64,000 bases of DNA from a virus. Shown here piece by piece: positions 45,863 through 55,200 of this stretch. How positions within the stretch are numbered: position 1 is the stretch's first letter; the number at the start of each line of letters is the position of its first letter. The notes beneath the pieces are model-generated. The model was not told where the DNA came from and did no database searches. It worked only from the letters and a program-made list of their open reading frames with translations. The stretch lies in the IMG/VR virus record IMGVR_UViG_3300030107_008258, positions 1 to 64,000 of that record; one strand, 5' to 3'. A program made the translations under genes and the position numbers.

Positions 45863-46620
45863 TGGACTATGATAAAATTAATATATTCTATCCTGTAATT
45901 GGATTTACAGGAATGGTTCACTCTGAATATATGATGAGTACCATTAACCTCATGTCCTTGTGTCGTCAAAAAAATATAAAAATTGGATTGAGATCTATAT
46001 GGTTTGAAAGTTTAATTAGTCGAGCAAGAAATGCCTCAGTTGCCTTCATGCTAAACAAAGACTATACTCACTTACTCTTTATTGATACTGATATGAATTT
46101 CGCCGCGCCTGATGTCTTAAAACTGATCGATGCGGATGAAGACGTTACAGTAGGGGTTTACCCTAAAAAATACTTTAACGGGCAAAAAGTTGAAGCTATG
46201 GGGTCCACAGGTAAGTTTCCTGAACACTGGAGGCATTTAGCTACTGATTTTTCAACTGAAATAAAACCAGAAATGGCATTAAAAGCAAAAGACGATCCAA
46301 TAATTGAAGCCGAATATGCCGCTACTGGCTTTATGCTTATAAAACGCGAATGTATAGAAAAAATAATTGCTGCTAAACCTGAAATAAAATACACTAACGA
46401 TATTGATGGCTATATGGAAGCGGGAGATAATTTTTACGACATCTTTCAATGCAAAGTAAACCCTAATACTAAAAAATACGAGAGCGAAGATTATGGTTTC
46501 TGTAAGTTATGGCGATCCCTAGGAGGCAAAATAAATGTTGTAACAGACATTAGTCTTGGCCATCGAGGTTTTAACACTTATATGGGCAATTTAAAATTTC
46601 AAATGAATTATTTTGGTTAG
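45862..46620 (+). CDS. GT-A-like phage glycosyltransferase
   Basis: ESLISRARN, FIDTD, ATGFMLIKR, SEDYGFC. Confidence 0.6.
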   Translation: MDYDKINIFYPVIGFTGMVHSEYMMSTINLMSLCRQKNIKIGLRSIWFESLISRARNASVAFMLNKDYTHLLFIDTDMNFAAPDVLKLIDADEDVTVGVYPKKYFNGQKVEAMGSTGKFPEHWRHLATDFSTEIKPEMALKAKDDPIIEAEYAATGFMLIKRECIEKIIAAKPEIKYTNDIDGYMEAGDNFYDIFQCKVNPNTKKYESEDYGFCKLWRSLGGKINVVTDISLGHRGFNTYMGNLKFQMNYFG

Positions 46621-46624
46621 TACG

Positions 46625-47641
46625 ATGAGCGATTCAAAAACAGGACAAATACTAGGAAAAGATATAGCGGGTGTAAATTGCATACTACCGCATAAACACA
46701 AGACTGCGTGGGATTTATTTTTAAAAGGCTGCGCTAATAACTGGATGCCCACTGAAATATCCATGGCTGAAGACATTAAGCAATGGAAAAATGGAGAAAT
46801 AACAGATGATGAAAAACTTTTGGTCAAACGTTCACTCGGCTTTTTTGCTGGGAGTGAATCTCTTGTTGGTAACAATCTTTTGCTTAGTGGGTTTCGGTAT
46901 ATTACTGACGCTGAGTGTCGTCAGTATATTTTACGACAAGCGTTCGAGGAAAGCCTTCATAATCTTACTATTGTTTATGTTTGTGATTCTTTGGGTCTTA
47001 AAATAGATGAAGTTTACCGCGCTTACGAAAACATCCCCTCTATTAAAGCTAAAGATGATTTCCTTATGGAAATTACTACAGACTTAAGTAGGCCAGACTT
47101 TAACGCTCACACTCAAGAGGGTAAAAAAGAAATTTTAAGAAATTTTATTACTTACTGGATTGTATGCGAAGGAATATTTTTCTTTAGCGGCTTTGCGATG
47201 CTTTTAGCTTTGGGGAGGCAAAATAAAATGCAAGGCATAGCTGACCAAATAAAATACACCCTCCGCGATGAAAGTTCCCATATTCAATTTGGGACTTATG
47301 CTATTAATCAGATTATAGAACAAAATCCTAAAATATGGAATAAAGCGTTTCAGCAGGAAGTAACAGAACATGTACAGAAAGCTGTACAACTAGAGATAGC
47401 TTACGCCAAGGATGTGTTACCGCGAGGTATTTTAGGCCTTAATGCAGATATGTTTGTCGATTATATGCATTATATTGGCAACCGGCGTTTAGAGGGCATT
47501 GGCTTAGAATATCGCTTTCCTAGCGATAAAAACCCCTTCCCTTGGCTGGGAGAAGTAGTTGACGTTCAAGCTATGGGCAACTTCTTTGAACGTAGAGTTA
47601 GGGAATATCAACAATCGGGTTCCCTTGAAGACGACTTTTAA
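46625..47641 (+). CDS. nrdB: ribonucleotide reductase small subunit, class Ic-type
   Basis: FFAGSESLV, EESLH, EGIFF, RDESSH; no Tyr at the radical position. Confidence 0.92.
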   Translation: MSDSKTGQILGKDIAGVNCILPHKHKTAWDLFLKGCANNWMPTEISMAEDIKQWKNGEITDDEKLLVKRSLGFFAGSESLVGNNLLLSGFRYITDAECRQYILRQAFEESLHNLTIVYVCDSLGLKIDEVYRAYENIPSIKAKDDFLMEITTDLSRPDFNAHTQEGKKEILRNFITYWIVCEGIFFFSGFAMLLALGRQNKMQGIADQIKYTLRDESSHIQFGTYAINQIIEQNPKIWNKAFQQEVTEHVQKAVQLEIAYAKDVLPRGILGLNADMFVDYMHYIGNRRLEGIGLEYRFPSDKNPFPWLGEVVDVQAMGNFFERRVREYQQSGSLEDDF

Positions 47642-47662
47642 TGTAACAGTTTATGAACAACA

Positions 47663-47857
47663 ATGTCACGATTTAAATTCTCCACTGAGTCTTTCATGTT
47701 GGGCCAAATTTCTTGCGAAATGATCGCCTTGTCCCAGCACCTAAATCAAAATAACGGGGAAAAGCTTAATGGGGAATTAGTCGAACTTGACAAAATAATA
47801 AACCGAGTTAATAGAGTGAAAGAGATAATGCTTAGAAAGGATAAAGAAAATGCCTAA
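47663..47857 (+). CDS. hypothetical protein
   Basis: 64 aa, operon tiling. Confidence 0.5.
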   Translation: MSRFKFSTESFMLGQISCEMIALSQHLNQNNGEKLNGELVELDKIINRVNRVKEIMLRKDKENA

Positions 47858-48047
47858 TGTATCTGAATTTGAAAGAAATAAGCCGCGAGAAACTTACTCG
47901 GCTATTATAAAAGTTAAAGAAAAGTATGAGACTTTACTTAGGGAGACTGTGATTATGGAGGATACAGATGCGGTTAGGGTAGAGATGGCAAGAGTTTTCT
48001 TAAGGGACTTAAAAGAAATTTTTCAAAAATTCAAATCTGGCAACTAA
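47850..48047 (+). CDS. hypothetical protein
   Basis: 65 aa, operon tiling. Confidence 0.5.
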   Translation: MPNVSEFERNKPRETYSAIIKVKEKYETLLRETVIMEDTDAVRVEMARVFLRDLKEIFQKFKSGN

Positions 48048-48051
48048 TATT

Positions 48052-48057
48052 GTGTAA
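48052..48057 (+). promoter_or_regulatory. GTGTAA candidate late-promoter element
   Basis: GTGTAA-N8-ATG. Confidence 0.55.
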
Positions 48058-48065
48058 CAATATAC

Positions 48066-48686
48066 ATGGCTAGTATAGCAGATCAATTCAAAGGGCTCCC
48101 AATTGGGACACTCATCGCGGAACCGTTGCTTGGAGCAGCGAAAGCACAGGGCCAATTAGCCCACACAACGGAAAACTTTATCAAAGATATCGGGCTAGAA
48201 GACGATGGGAATGGAAACCTTAAGGCTCGAACAGTAGAGTTCGATTACGATGCACCTATCGAATCAAAAGACGCAAATGGAGCTATTACAACAAAAATTG
48301 AAAACAGAAAACTTAAAGTCCCATTGCTTTCAGTTATACAAACCCCAAATCTAGGGGTAAAAAAAGCTACCGTAGACTTCGATATGGAAGTCAAGTCTAG
48401 CACTCAAGACACTAGCTCTGTAAACACCCAGACCGACCTTAGCGTTAAATATGATAATTGGTGGTCACCTGTAAAAGTAGATCTAAAGGCTTCAGTATCT
48501 ACTAAAAGTGAAAATATTAGGAAAACTGATAATTCCGCAAAATATACCGTTCATGTAGAAGCTCGTGACGACGGGGCTCCAGAAGGCTTAATGAAAGTTC
48601 TTGACATTCTCGGGGCAGCTATTCAACCTGTTCCTGCTGGTGGAGGCGGCGGAGGCTCCTCATCTGGCGGCAGTGGTAGTAATTAA
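48066..48686 (+). CDS. DUF2589-like protein
   Basis: FKGLPIGTLIAEPL..AAKAQ, VPLLS, FDMEV, PEGLMKVLD. Confidence 0.75.
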   Translation: MASIADQFKGLPIGTLIAEPLLGAAKAQGQLAHTTENFIKDIGLEDDGNGNLKARTVEFDYDAPIESKDANGAITTKIENRKLKVPLLSVIQTPNLGVKKATVDFDMEVKSSTQDTSSVNTQTDLSVKYDNWWSPVKVDLKASVSTKSENIRKTDNSAKYTVHVEARDDGAPEGLMKVLDILGAAIQPVPAGGGGGGSSSGGSGSN

Positions 48687-49162
48687 TGGCTGACGACAAA
48701 TTACCTTATTCAAAATCTGGATCATTTAAAGGTGCTCCTGCGCTAAAAACGTTCGATCACCTGATCCAATGTCTCTATAATTCTGTAGTTTATGCTCAAC
48801 GGTATGTAGAAACCGAGCATTTAAAACGAGTTATAGGGACGTATTTTGATGAATATGGACGACCCATTACAAAAAAAGTCGTCCTTCCCACGACTGAAGG
48901 AGACCAAGAGGTAGAGATACCGTTAATGACCCTAGCTGGTCATAACCACCTTAAAATAGACACTTTAGAAATGGAATTTGATGTAGATTTAGGCCAGTTT
49001 GAGAATGAAGACAACCACAAAAAGCGCCGAATGATCGCCATGATTGGACGCAAGGACCCTAAAAATACTTTAGCGAAAGTCAAGCTTACTATAAAAAATG
49101 GCGACACCCCTGAAGGACTCGCAAGAATAAACGATAAAATTGTAAAAACTATCCCCACTTAA
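48686..49162 (+). CDS. DUF2589-like protein (second paralogue)
   Basis: AQ, IPLMTL, PEGLARI; TAATG-coupled to the first. Confidence 0.65.
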   Translation: MADDKLPYSKSGSFKGAPALKTFDHLIQCLYNSVVYAQRYVETEHLKRVIGTYFDEYGRPITKKVVLPTTEGDQEVEIPLMTLAGHNHLKIDTLEMEFDVDLGQFENEDNHKKRRMIAMIGRKDPKNTLAKVKLTIKNGDTPEGLARINDKIVKTIPT

Positions 49163-49174
49163 TATAATATAGTC

Positions 49175-49411
49175 ATGGCAAGTGGTTACTTAAGATTAAT
49201 GCTCGATTCGGCCCGTCGTTGTGCCGCAGCTACCCAAGACGCGGCAGAAGATGCGCGAAAAGCAGCGCAAGAAGCTCAAAATGAAGCTCAGGAAATTGAC
49301 CAAATGGCTCAAGACGCAGCCAGTAAAGCTGTAGAAGCTGGGGAAAGAGTTAAAGTCCTTGAAGCTAAAATGCTAAAACACGACAACATGGCCCAAGAAG
49401 CGAGCAATTAA
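49175..49411 (+). CDS. Ala-rich coiled-coil protein
   Basis: 78 aa, AQEA-type repeats. Confidence 0.55.
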   Translation: MASGYLRLMLDSARRCAAATQDAAEDARKAAQEAQNEAQEIDQMAQDAASKAVEAGERVKVLEAKMLKHDNMAQEASN

Positions 49412-49827
49412 TGCAGGAATCACTAAATAAAACTTGGTTCATCGACATCGATGGAACTATCGTAAAGCATTGGGGTAACGAACAGTTGGATGAAGCTATA
49501 GAGGAAAAAGGCCAATTTAGTCATCTATCTGAGGAGCCAATAAAAGAAAGCGTAGAATTTCTTAATTCAATACCTCCGTCTGACACTATAGTTTTAACGA
49601 CGGCTAGAGATAGTAAGCACGAAGACCACACTCTCAGAATGCTCCAACATTACAATATTCGTTATGATAGAATAATGTTTGATTTAAGATCCGGGCCACG
49701 TTATTTAGTGAACGATATCAAACCTATTGGATTAGTAAATAATTCAAAACCCTTAGATACTGCCTTCGCTTTAAATGTTGAAAGAAACCAAGGAATAAAA
49801 AAGCCATGGGAATGTTTGATGACATAA
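49411..49827 (+). CDS. HAD-superfamily phosphatase
   Basis: FIDIDGT, TTAR, VND. Confidence 0.8.
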   Translation: MQESLNKTWFIDIDGTIVKHWGNEQLDEAIEEKGQFSHLSEEPIKESVEFLNSIPPSDTIVLTTARDSKHEDHTLRMLQHYNIRYDRIMFDLRSGPRYLVNDIKPIGLVNNSKPLDTAFALNVERNQGIKKPWECLMT

Positions 49828-50390
49828 TTGTACCTAAGGCTTATTTAAAAGGCTTACTTACAAGAGAACAAGAGAAGCTTTTAAAAGTTTCTAGTCGCTA
49901 CGGTAGATCAATCAGGGGCGTCGAATTTCAAACTAAGTGTTTAGAAAAGGCACTTGCTCAATACAAAATCTATAAACAAACACTTTTCATCAATGATAAG
50001 TCTCTGTGGAATTGTGAAGCGCCAGATACAGAACAAAGAACCGAAGATACCGCTAAAAAATACCCTTACGAGAAAGGTCGCTGGGGTAAAGTGGATCATA
50101 ATGGTAGCGTAAACTTTTATACCTCTATAAAAGACAAGGATGAAAATATATGGTGGGTTGAGTTTTCCTTTATCTTCAGAAACGGGGTTATAGACAAAAA
50201 AGAATTAATTAAATTTGAAGTAGAAGAGACCGCCGAAGAAGCAGAAGAACGAGAGAAAGCTTGGGAGGAAAAAGCTAAAGAAAGAAAACTTTTTGAAAAA
50301 ACTTTTAAATATAGATTTTACAGTAGGTTATTAAGGTTTTTATCCCGTTTGCATCATTGGGCCGCAAATAAAACAGTATCTCCAAAATAA
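49806..50390 (+). CDS. hypothetical phage protein
   Basis: MGMFD...FQTK pattern. Confidence 0.6.
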   Translation: MGMFDDIIVPKAYLKGLLTREQEKLLKVSSRYGRSIRGVEFQTKCLEKALAQYKIYKQTLFINDKSLWNCEAPDTEQRTEDTAKKYPYEKGRWGKVDHNGSVNFYTSIKDKDENIWWVEFSFIFRNGVIDKKELIKFEVEETAEEAEEREKAWEEKAKERKLFEKTFKYRFYSRLLRFLSRLHHWAANKTVSPK

Positions 50391-50394
50391 ATGA

Positions 50395-50670
50395 ATGAAG
50401 CACGGTTTTACTTTATTGGAACTTTTACTAGCCATTACTGTAATCATGCTGCTTATTTCTCTATCCTTGCAAGCTTACGCAAATTCACAGCGTCAAGCTA
50501 GAATCGCTGCGTGTAAAGTATATAGGAAGCAAATAGAAACCTTTCACGAAATGCCAGAATATGACTTGCCAACCATATCGGACTCCGATATTAAGCTTTT
50601 AGTAGAGACATATAATCAATGTTACAAGTGCCATACTACCGCAAGAATCCCTTACTATTACGCCGAATAA
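50395..50670 (+). CDS. prepilin-type N-terminal methylation protein with CxxCH
   Basis: G|FTLLE cleavage motif, hydrophobic helix, CYKCH. Confidence 0.75.
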   Translation: MKHGFTLLELLLAITVIMLLISLSLQAYANSQRQARIAACKVYRKQIETFHEMPEYDLPTISDSDIKLLVETYNQCYKCHTTARIPYYYAE

Positions 50671-50671
50671 A

Positions 50672-51352
50672 ATGAAAAAATTAATCTTAATATTTATCGC
50701 AAGTTCTGTACTAGGCCAAAACAACTCTTACCAAGTCATTACCGAACGTAACGCTTTTGGGTTAGCGGAGGAAAACACAGTCAAAATTGAGCTTCCTCCA
50801 GTAGTGCTTAAGTCTCCCGTTAAACTTCATCTTACAGGTATTATGAAGTACCAAGGGCTAACCAACATCTTTCTTTATTCTAAAGATCTCCCTAAAAGAT
50901 TTCTTACCCTAAACCATAAAAAACCAGTTGATAGCGGGATAGAGCTCTTAAGCGTGAAAGGATCTCGAGTTAAAATAATGAATAATGGAGTAACTGAAAA
51001 TTTATCATTTGAAACCCATAAATTACCGACGGTAATGGGTCCTGCGCCCGTTTTTAATCGCCCAACTGTGATAAAAAAGGATTCAAAAGATGATAAAAAT
51101 AAAAATAAAGAAAAAAAATCTGCCCCAGCCCCTCGCCCTTCCGTAGTTAAGGTTCCTTCTCGTCAGCCCAAGATAGACCCTCGTATTCTTCAAAAAAGTT
51201 TAGAGTACATAGATAGGATAGACGATAAAGAAAAGAGAGAATATATTCTCAAAAGACTAGAGGGACTTCAAGAGGGACGAAGCAGCTTAAATAGAAAAAT
51301 TGACACTAATGAAAGACGTCGTCAATACGATGAGCGACGCAGGGATAAATGA
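50672..51352 (+). CDS. exported protein, PilP/GspC-like (tentative)
   Basis: signal peptide, ERNAFGL, LHLTGI, Pro-rich linker. Confidence 0.45.
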   Translation: MKKLILIFIASSVLGQNNSYQVITERNAFGLAEENTVKIELPPVVLKSPVKLHLTGIMKYQGLTNIFLYSKDLPKRFLTLNHKKPVDSGIELLSVKGSRVKIMNNGVTENLSFETHKLPTVMGPAPVFNRPTVIKKDSKDDKNKNKEKKSAPAPRPSVVKVPSRQPKIDPRILQKSLEYIDRIDDKEKREYILKRLEGLQEGRSSLNRKIDTNERRRQYDERRRDK

Positions 51353-51996
51353 AGCATGATTTATTTGTTACTGATCTGTGGGAATTTGATTTTCCTTACC
51401 ATTCCCAATTTAAGCGTCAGGTTCTAGACTTTGTGTCCTCCCCCAAAGCTCAACAACATATAACCGCTCATTCAGCGGAATCGCAAAACTTAAGTAACCC
51501 TTCTCTTAACTCTTACGGTGGAGACGAACTTTGTTTTGATGAAGATAAAAATCTCCATTCTTTTTTTAATATTCAAATCAAAAAACTCCTTGTTCAAATC
51601 GAAAAAGAACATGACTGGGACACTGGAGAGTGGAGTCAAATCGATCCTTGGTTAAATGTAAACCAAAAAGGTAATTTTAACCCTCCTCATGTACACCCGG
51701 GCAATAACTATTCCGGGTGTTATTACATTGACTTTCCCGAAAATTCCGGTTTTATCCACTTTCTTGACCCTCGCGCCCAACATCGATTAGCGTCGCCTAA
51801 CCCCAAGAGTAAAGAAGGGGAAAATTGGTATTTTTCATCCAATAAATACGATTCTAGTCTTTTTACTTATCCGGTCAAAGAAGGTAAAGTAATCATATTT
51901 CCTTCGTGGCTAATGCATTACGTTGACCCTAATCCGACTGATTCTTTACGTATCTCTATTGCATTTAACGTTAAGTATATTCAATATGAAAATTAA
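51349..51996 (+). CDS. 2OG-Fe(II) oxygenase
   Basis: HVH, IFPSWLMHYV, RISIAFN. Confidence 0.85.
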   Translation: MKHDLFVTDLWEFDFPYHSQFKRQVLDFVSSPKAQQHITAHSAESQNLSNPSLNSYGGDELCFDEDKNLHSFFNIQIKKLLVQIEKEHDWDTGEWSQIDPWLNVNQKGNFNPPHVHPGNNYSGCYYIDFPENSGFIHFLDPRAQHRLASPNPKSKEGENWYFSSNKYDSSLFTYPVKEGKVIIFPSWLMHYVDPNPTDSLRISIAFNVKYIQYEN

Positions 51997-52198
51997 AAAT
52001 GAAAAATTAATAGAATTTGTTAACTTAGTTAATGAATGTTGCGACGTTATGGATGACAATTATGTTTCAAAATGGCTTCATCTCCCCAACCCTGATTTAA
52101 ACATGGAAATGCCTATTGACATTTTTAATAATGAAGGCACTGAAAGACTATATAGGCTTTTATATTTTATAGAAATTGGCGAAGCAGACCTGAACTGA
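51986..52198 (+). CDS. Xre/MbcA/ParS antitoxin C-terminal-domain-like protein (DUF2384)
   Basis: WLHLPNPDL...PID....G..RL..LL..IE.G. Confidence 0.65.
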   Translation: MKIKNEKLIEFVNLVNECCDVMDDNYVSKWLHLPNPDLNMEMPIDIFNNEGTERLYRLLYFIEIGEADLN

Positions 52199-52263
52199 CA
52201 AAGTAAAAGGAGGTTGTTTTTCGGTTTCTCCTCTCTGATTGTTAGTACCACCAAAGAAGCCGA
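52194..52263 (+). ncRNA. single copy of the pseudoknotted 3'-end element
   Basis: ACTGACAA/TTGTTAGT, GAGG/CCTC, TCGGTTTCT/AGAAGCCGA; two G-U wobbles favour the + strand. Confidence 0.7.
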
Positions 52264-52265
52264 TT

Positions 52266-55200
52266 TTATAATTCTGGAGCGCTACTTACAACAGCCGTTG
52301 TCCCATCCGGAAACCTAGTTCTAGTTACTAAATAAACTACCCCACCAACAGTTTCTCTCTGCGTAAAGTTTCCTACCCTCGTAGAACTTTGCAAGTAGTC
52401 TCCTTCATCTGTGATATTAAATTCAACCACAGAAGCATCTAATATTACTTCAAATTTACCCGGCGAGTCATTACTTCCTCCCGACAATATCAAATTAGCG
52501 CTTCCTCGCGCTTCTATTCCTTCTGTGGGAACAGTAGCGGTTATTTTGTTATCTGAATTAATAGTAAAACTAGATTCTAAATAAGGGCCATTAGGGATCT
52601 GAAAAAATACTCCACTGACAGCAGTGAATCCTTCGCCTGTAACCTCTACAGAAGAACCCGTCACTCCACGGGTCGGACCAAACCCAGTAGCATTAACACG
52701 AGTCCCTTGAATTATGTAATTATCTGGAAAAAAGTTCGCTTGAGTCGCTAAAAATTCTTCTGAAGTTGAGCCTAAAAAATCATTAGTAAAGGTTCTAATA
52801 TTTTCCGTGTTAAAATTTTTAGAGTCCCACGGATTAAGCACAAAAAGTCTCCCTGTCCCTATAAAGCCGCTATCCAGCTGAAAGCTAAATTTATTATAAA
52901 ATAAATTATGAGAATCCACTGCTCCGTACCCTGTTGTATTTCCGCTTATTGGATAAAAATAAACTTCAGCTGTGTTATTTTTGTTTCCAGTTCCTGTTAT
53001 GCCTACCGCAAATTGACCTGAAGTAAAATTATAATTTGTGGAATAAGAATTTAACCCACTAACAGCAACACTCGTTCCTGACGCAACCGTATTTGAAGAA
53101 TTAAAACCCGTTACACCTGTAACCATAGCAAGAGGATTGTATCCGCTTTTGTAAAAAATTGAAGCGTTCGTATTTCCTCTTCCTGAAACTTGAATATTTC
53201 CCTCCGTAATACCCGTAGGTAAGTCAACTGTGATAGAATGCTCCCCTAAAGAAGTAACTGAATTGGTTAGATTCTGTGCAGTAATATATCCCCCTGTTGG
53301 ATAAGGAAAATTTACATTCAACCCTGTAAGATTTTGACCACTTACTGTAACTGTTTGCCCCATCCCCGCATAATTACTAAAGCCTGTAATATCAGTCACG
53401 TTAATACTAAAAGGAGTAACGCTTTTCCTATTTTTAAAATCTCTTGTTTCAAATATACCGCTTCCGCTATTAATCCCTCTAGGAACAGTAAAAGAAGCTT
53501 CATAAGGGTTCTTAAGATTAAACTGATTTACCGAAATCGTACCTCCGTCTCCCGAAAATAAAACCCCTGTTACTAAATTAATCCTTTCTCCAGTTATAGA
53601 TATAATATCTCCTCCTTTAAAAACTTGGTCCTCGTTAAAGGGAGGGTTTATATTTCCATTGCCCAAATAAAAACCACTAATAGAAGGTTTAGGCGCGCTT
53701 ACTCCCAATACTCCAGTACTGTCAATCGCCCCTCCACTTGTTTCCACATTAATATAGTCACTAACAATATTATTCGGAATAACCATTTCGATCCCAGTTG
53801 TCGAACTTTGGTTAAAATCATCAACTATATAGCTTCCCACTTTCAATCCACTAGGTTTTACGGTTTCGAAATATCCCGACAAAGTAATCGTATCGCCAAA
53901 CTCTCCACTTGCAGGAGAAAACCCGCTAAATATAGGCGCAGCTTTTACCCCTAAAACTCCGGTAAACAAGTCCACACCTCGTCGATTACGAGCTCTAATC
54001 TTGTATTTGTCTTCATTATTGAAGCTATTGGGATAATAGAAAACTACTTGCGTATTGTTCCCCCTATAACCACTTACCTCTATATCTCCTCTAAAATTGA
54101 CTGGAGCCACATTATTATTATGTAGAGTCAGGGAAGTCCCTGAGTGTAAACGGCTCCCATAAATGCAGCCAGTTGAACCCGGTAGAAATCCCGAACATGG
54201 ATGAATTACATCAATTTCAGGCATACCAATGTATCTAAATTGTGCGGTATCAGATCCAAACTTTCCAGATATAGAAACTGTATAGTCGTACCCTGTGGCT
54301 GGTGTTTCGCTACCGGCTATCTCTGGCACTTCAAACTGTACAATCTCTCCAGCTACTACTTGTGTTGGGGTAACGGAACTATCTGTCCCTACGTTCCCAA
54401 AATCAGTACCAGTAATTGCATAAAGATTAGTTCCCATTAACGTCACTATATCCCCTTTTATTCCGGATATGGGAGAAACACCTGTGATGCTAGGGGCGCC
54501 AATACCCGGTGTAAATTTTATTTCTGAAGGGTAAGTATTAGGGTAGCTTTTGGTAAAAACGCTAACCTCCTGCTCACTTATAAAATAATCGTTCCCCAGA
54601 GTATTTCCTTCACCCAAATTACCGGAAACATGAATATTCATACCCGTAGGTACTTTTACCTTTAAAACTCTATCATTTACTAGTTTTGCGTTTCCTGTCT
54701 GACCGCCTATTGAAACTAAATATTTATAATCTGCTGTTGGATCAGGTAAGTAAGTGTCAGAGCCCGAATAAAGAATATCATCGGTAAAATTTTCTCCCGA
54801 TATATCCATAATCTGCCCTACTTCTACATTATTTTTAACTCCCGTGACTAAAGCTAGAGGCTGAAAAGAAATTGAGGCCGGAGCGCTATACTTAATTCCG
54901 CTTTTTAGGGTTAAAACAGGAGAACCGGTTAGATTACCAGTTGGAACTTCTACCTGTATACCGGTAGAACTAGGACCGTCTAAAGCTGAGTTACCCCAAT
55001 AACCAGTTAACGCTATATTATTAATGCTTACCCCCACCACTCCCGATAAAGATAAGCCTTCAATAGTTAGTGTTTCTCCCGAAACTAATTGTCCCGAACT
55101 TAATCCAGTAACTTCAGGGATAGGTACAAATTCATTAACAGTAATCCCACTAGATTCACTAGTGCTTCCATTTAATCCGGTTCTTAATGAAGAAACTACT

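Noticed and set aside
52194-52263. Hammerhead ribozyme because of CUGA
   Set aside because: The CUGANGA...GAAA core is absent; CUGA varies to UUGA/CUAA in other copies
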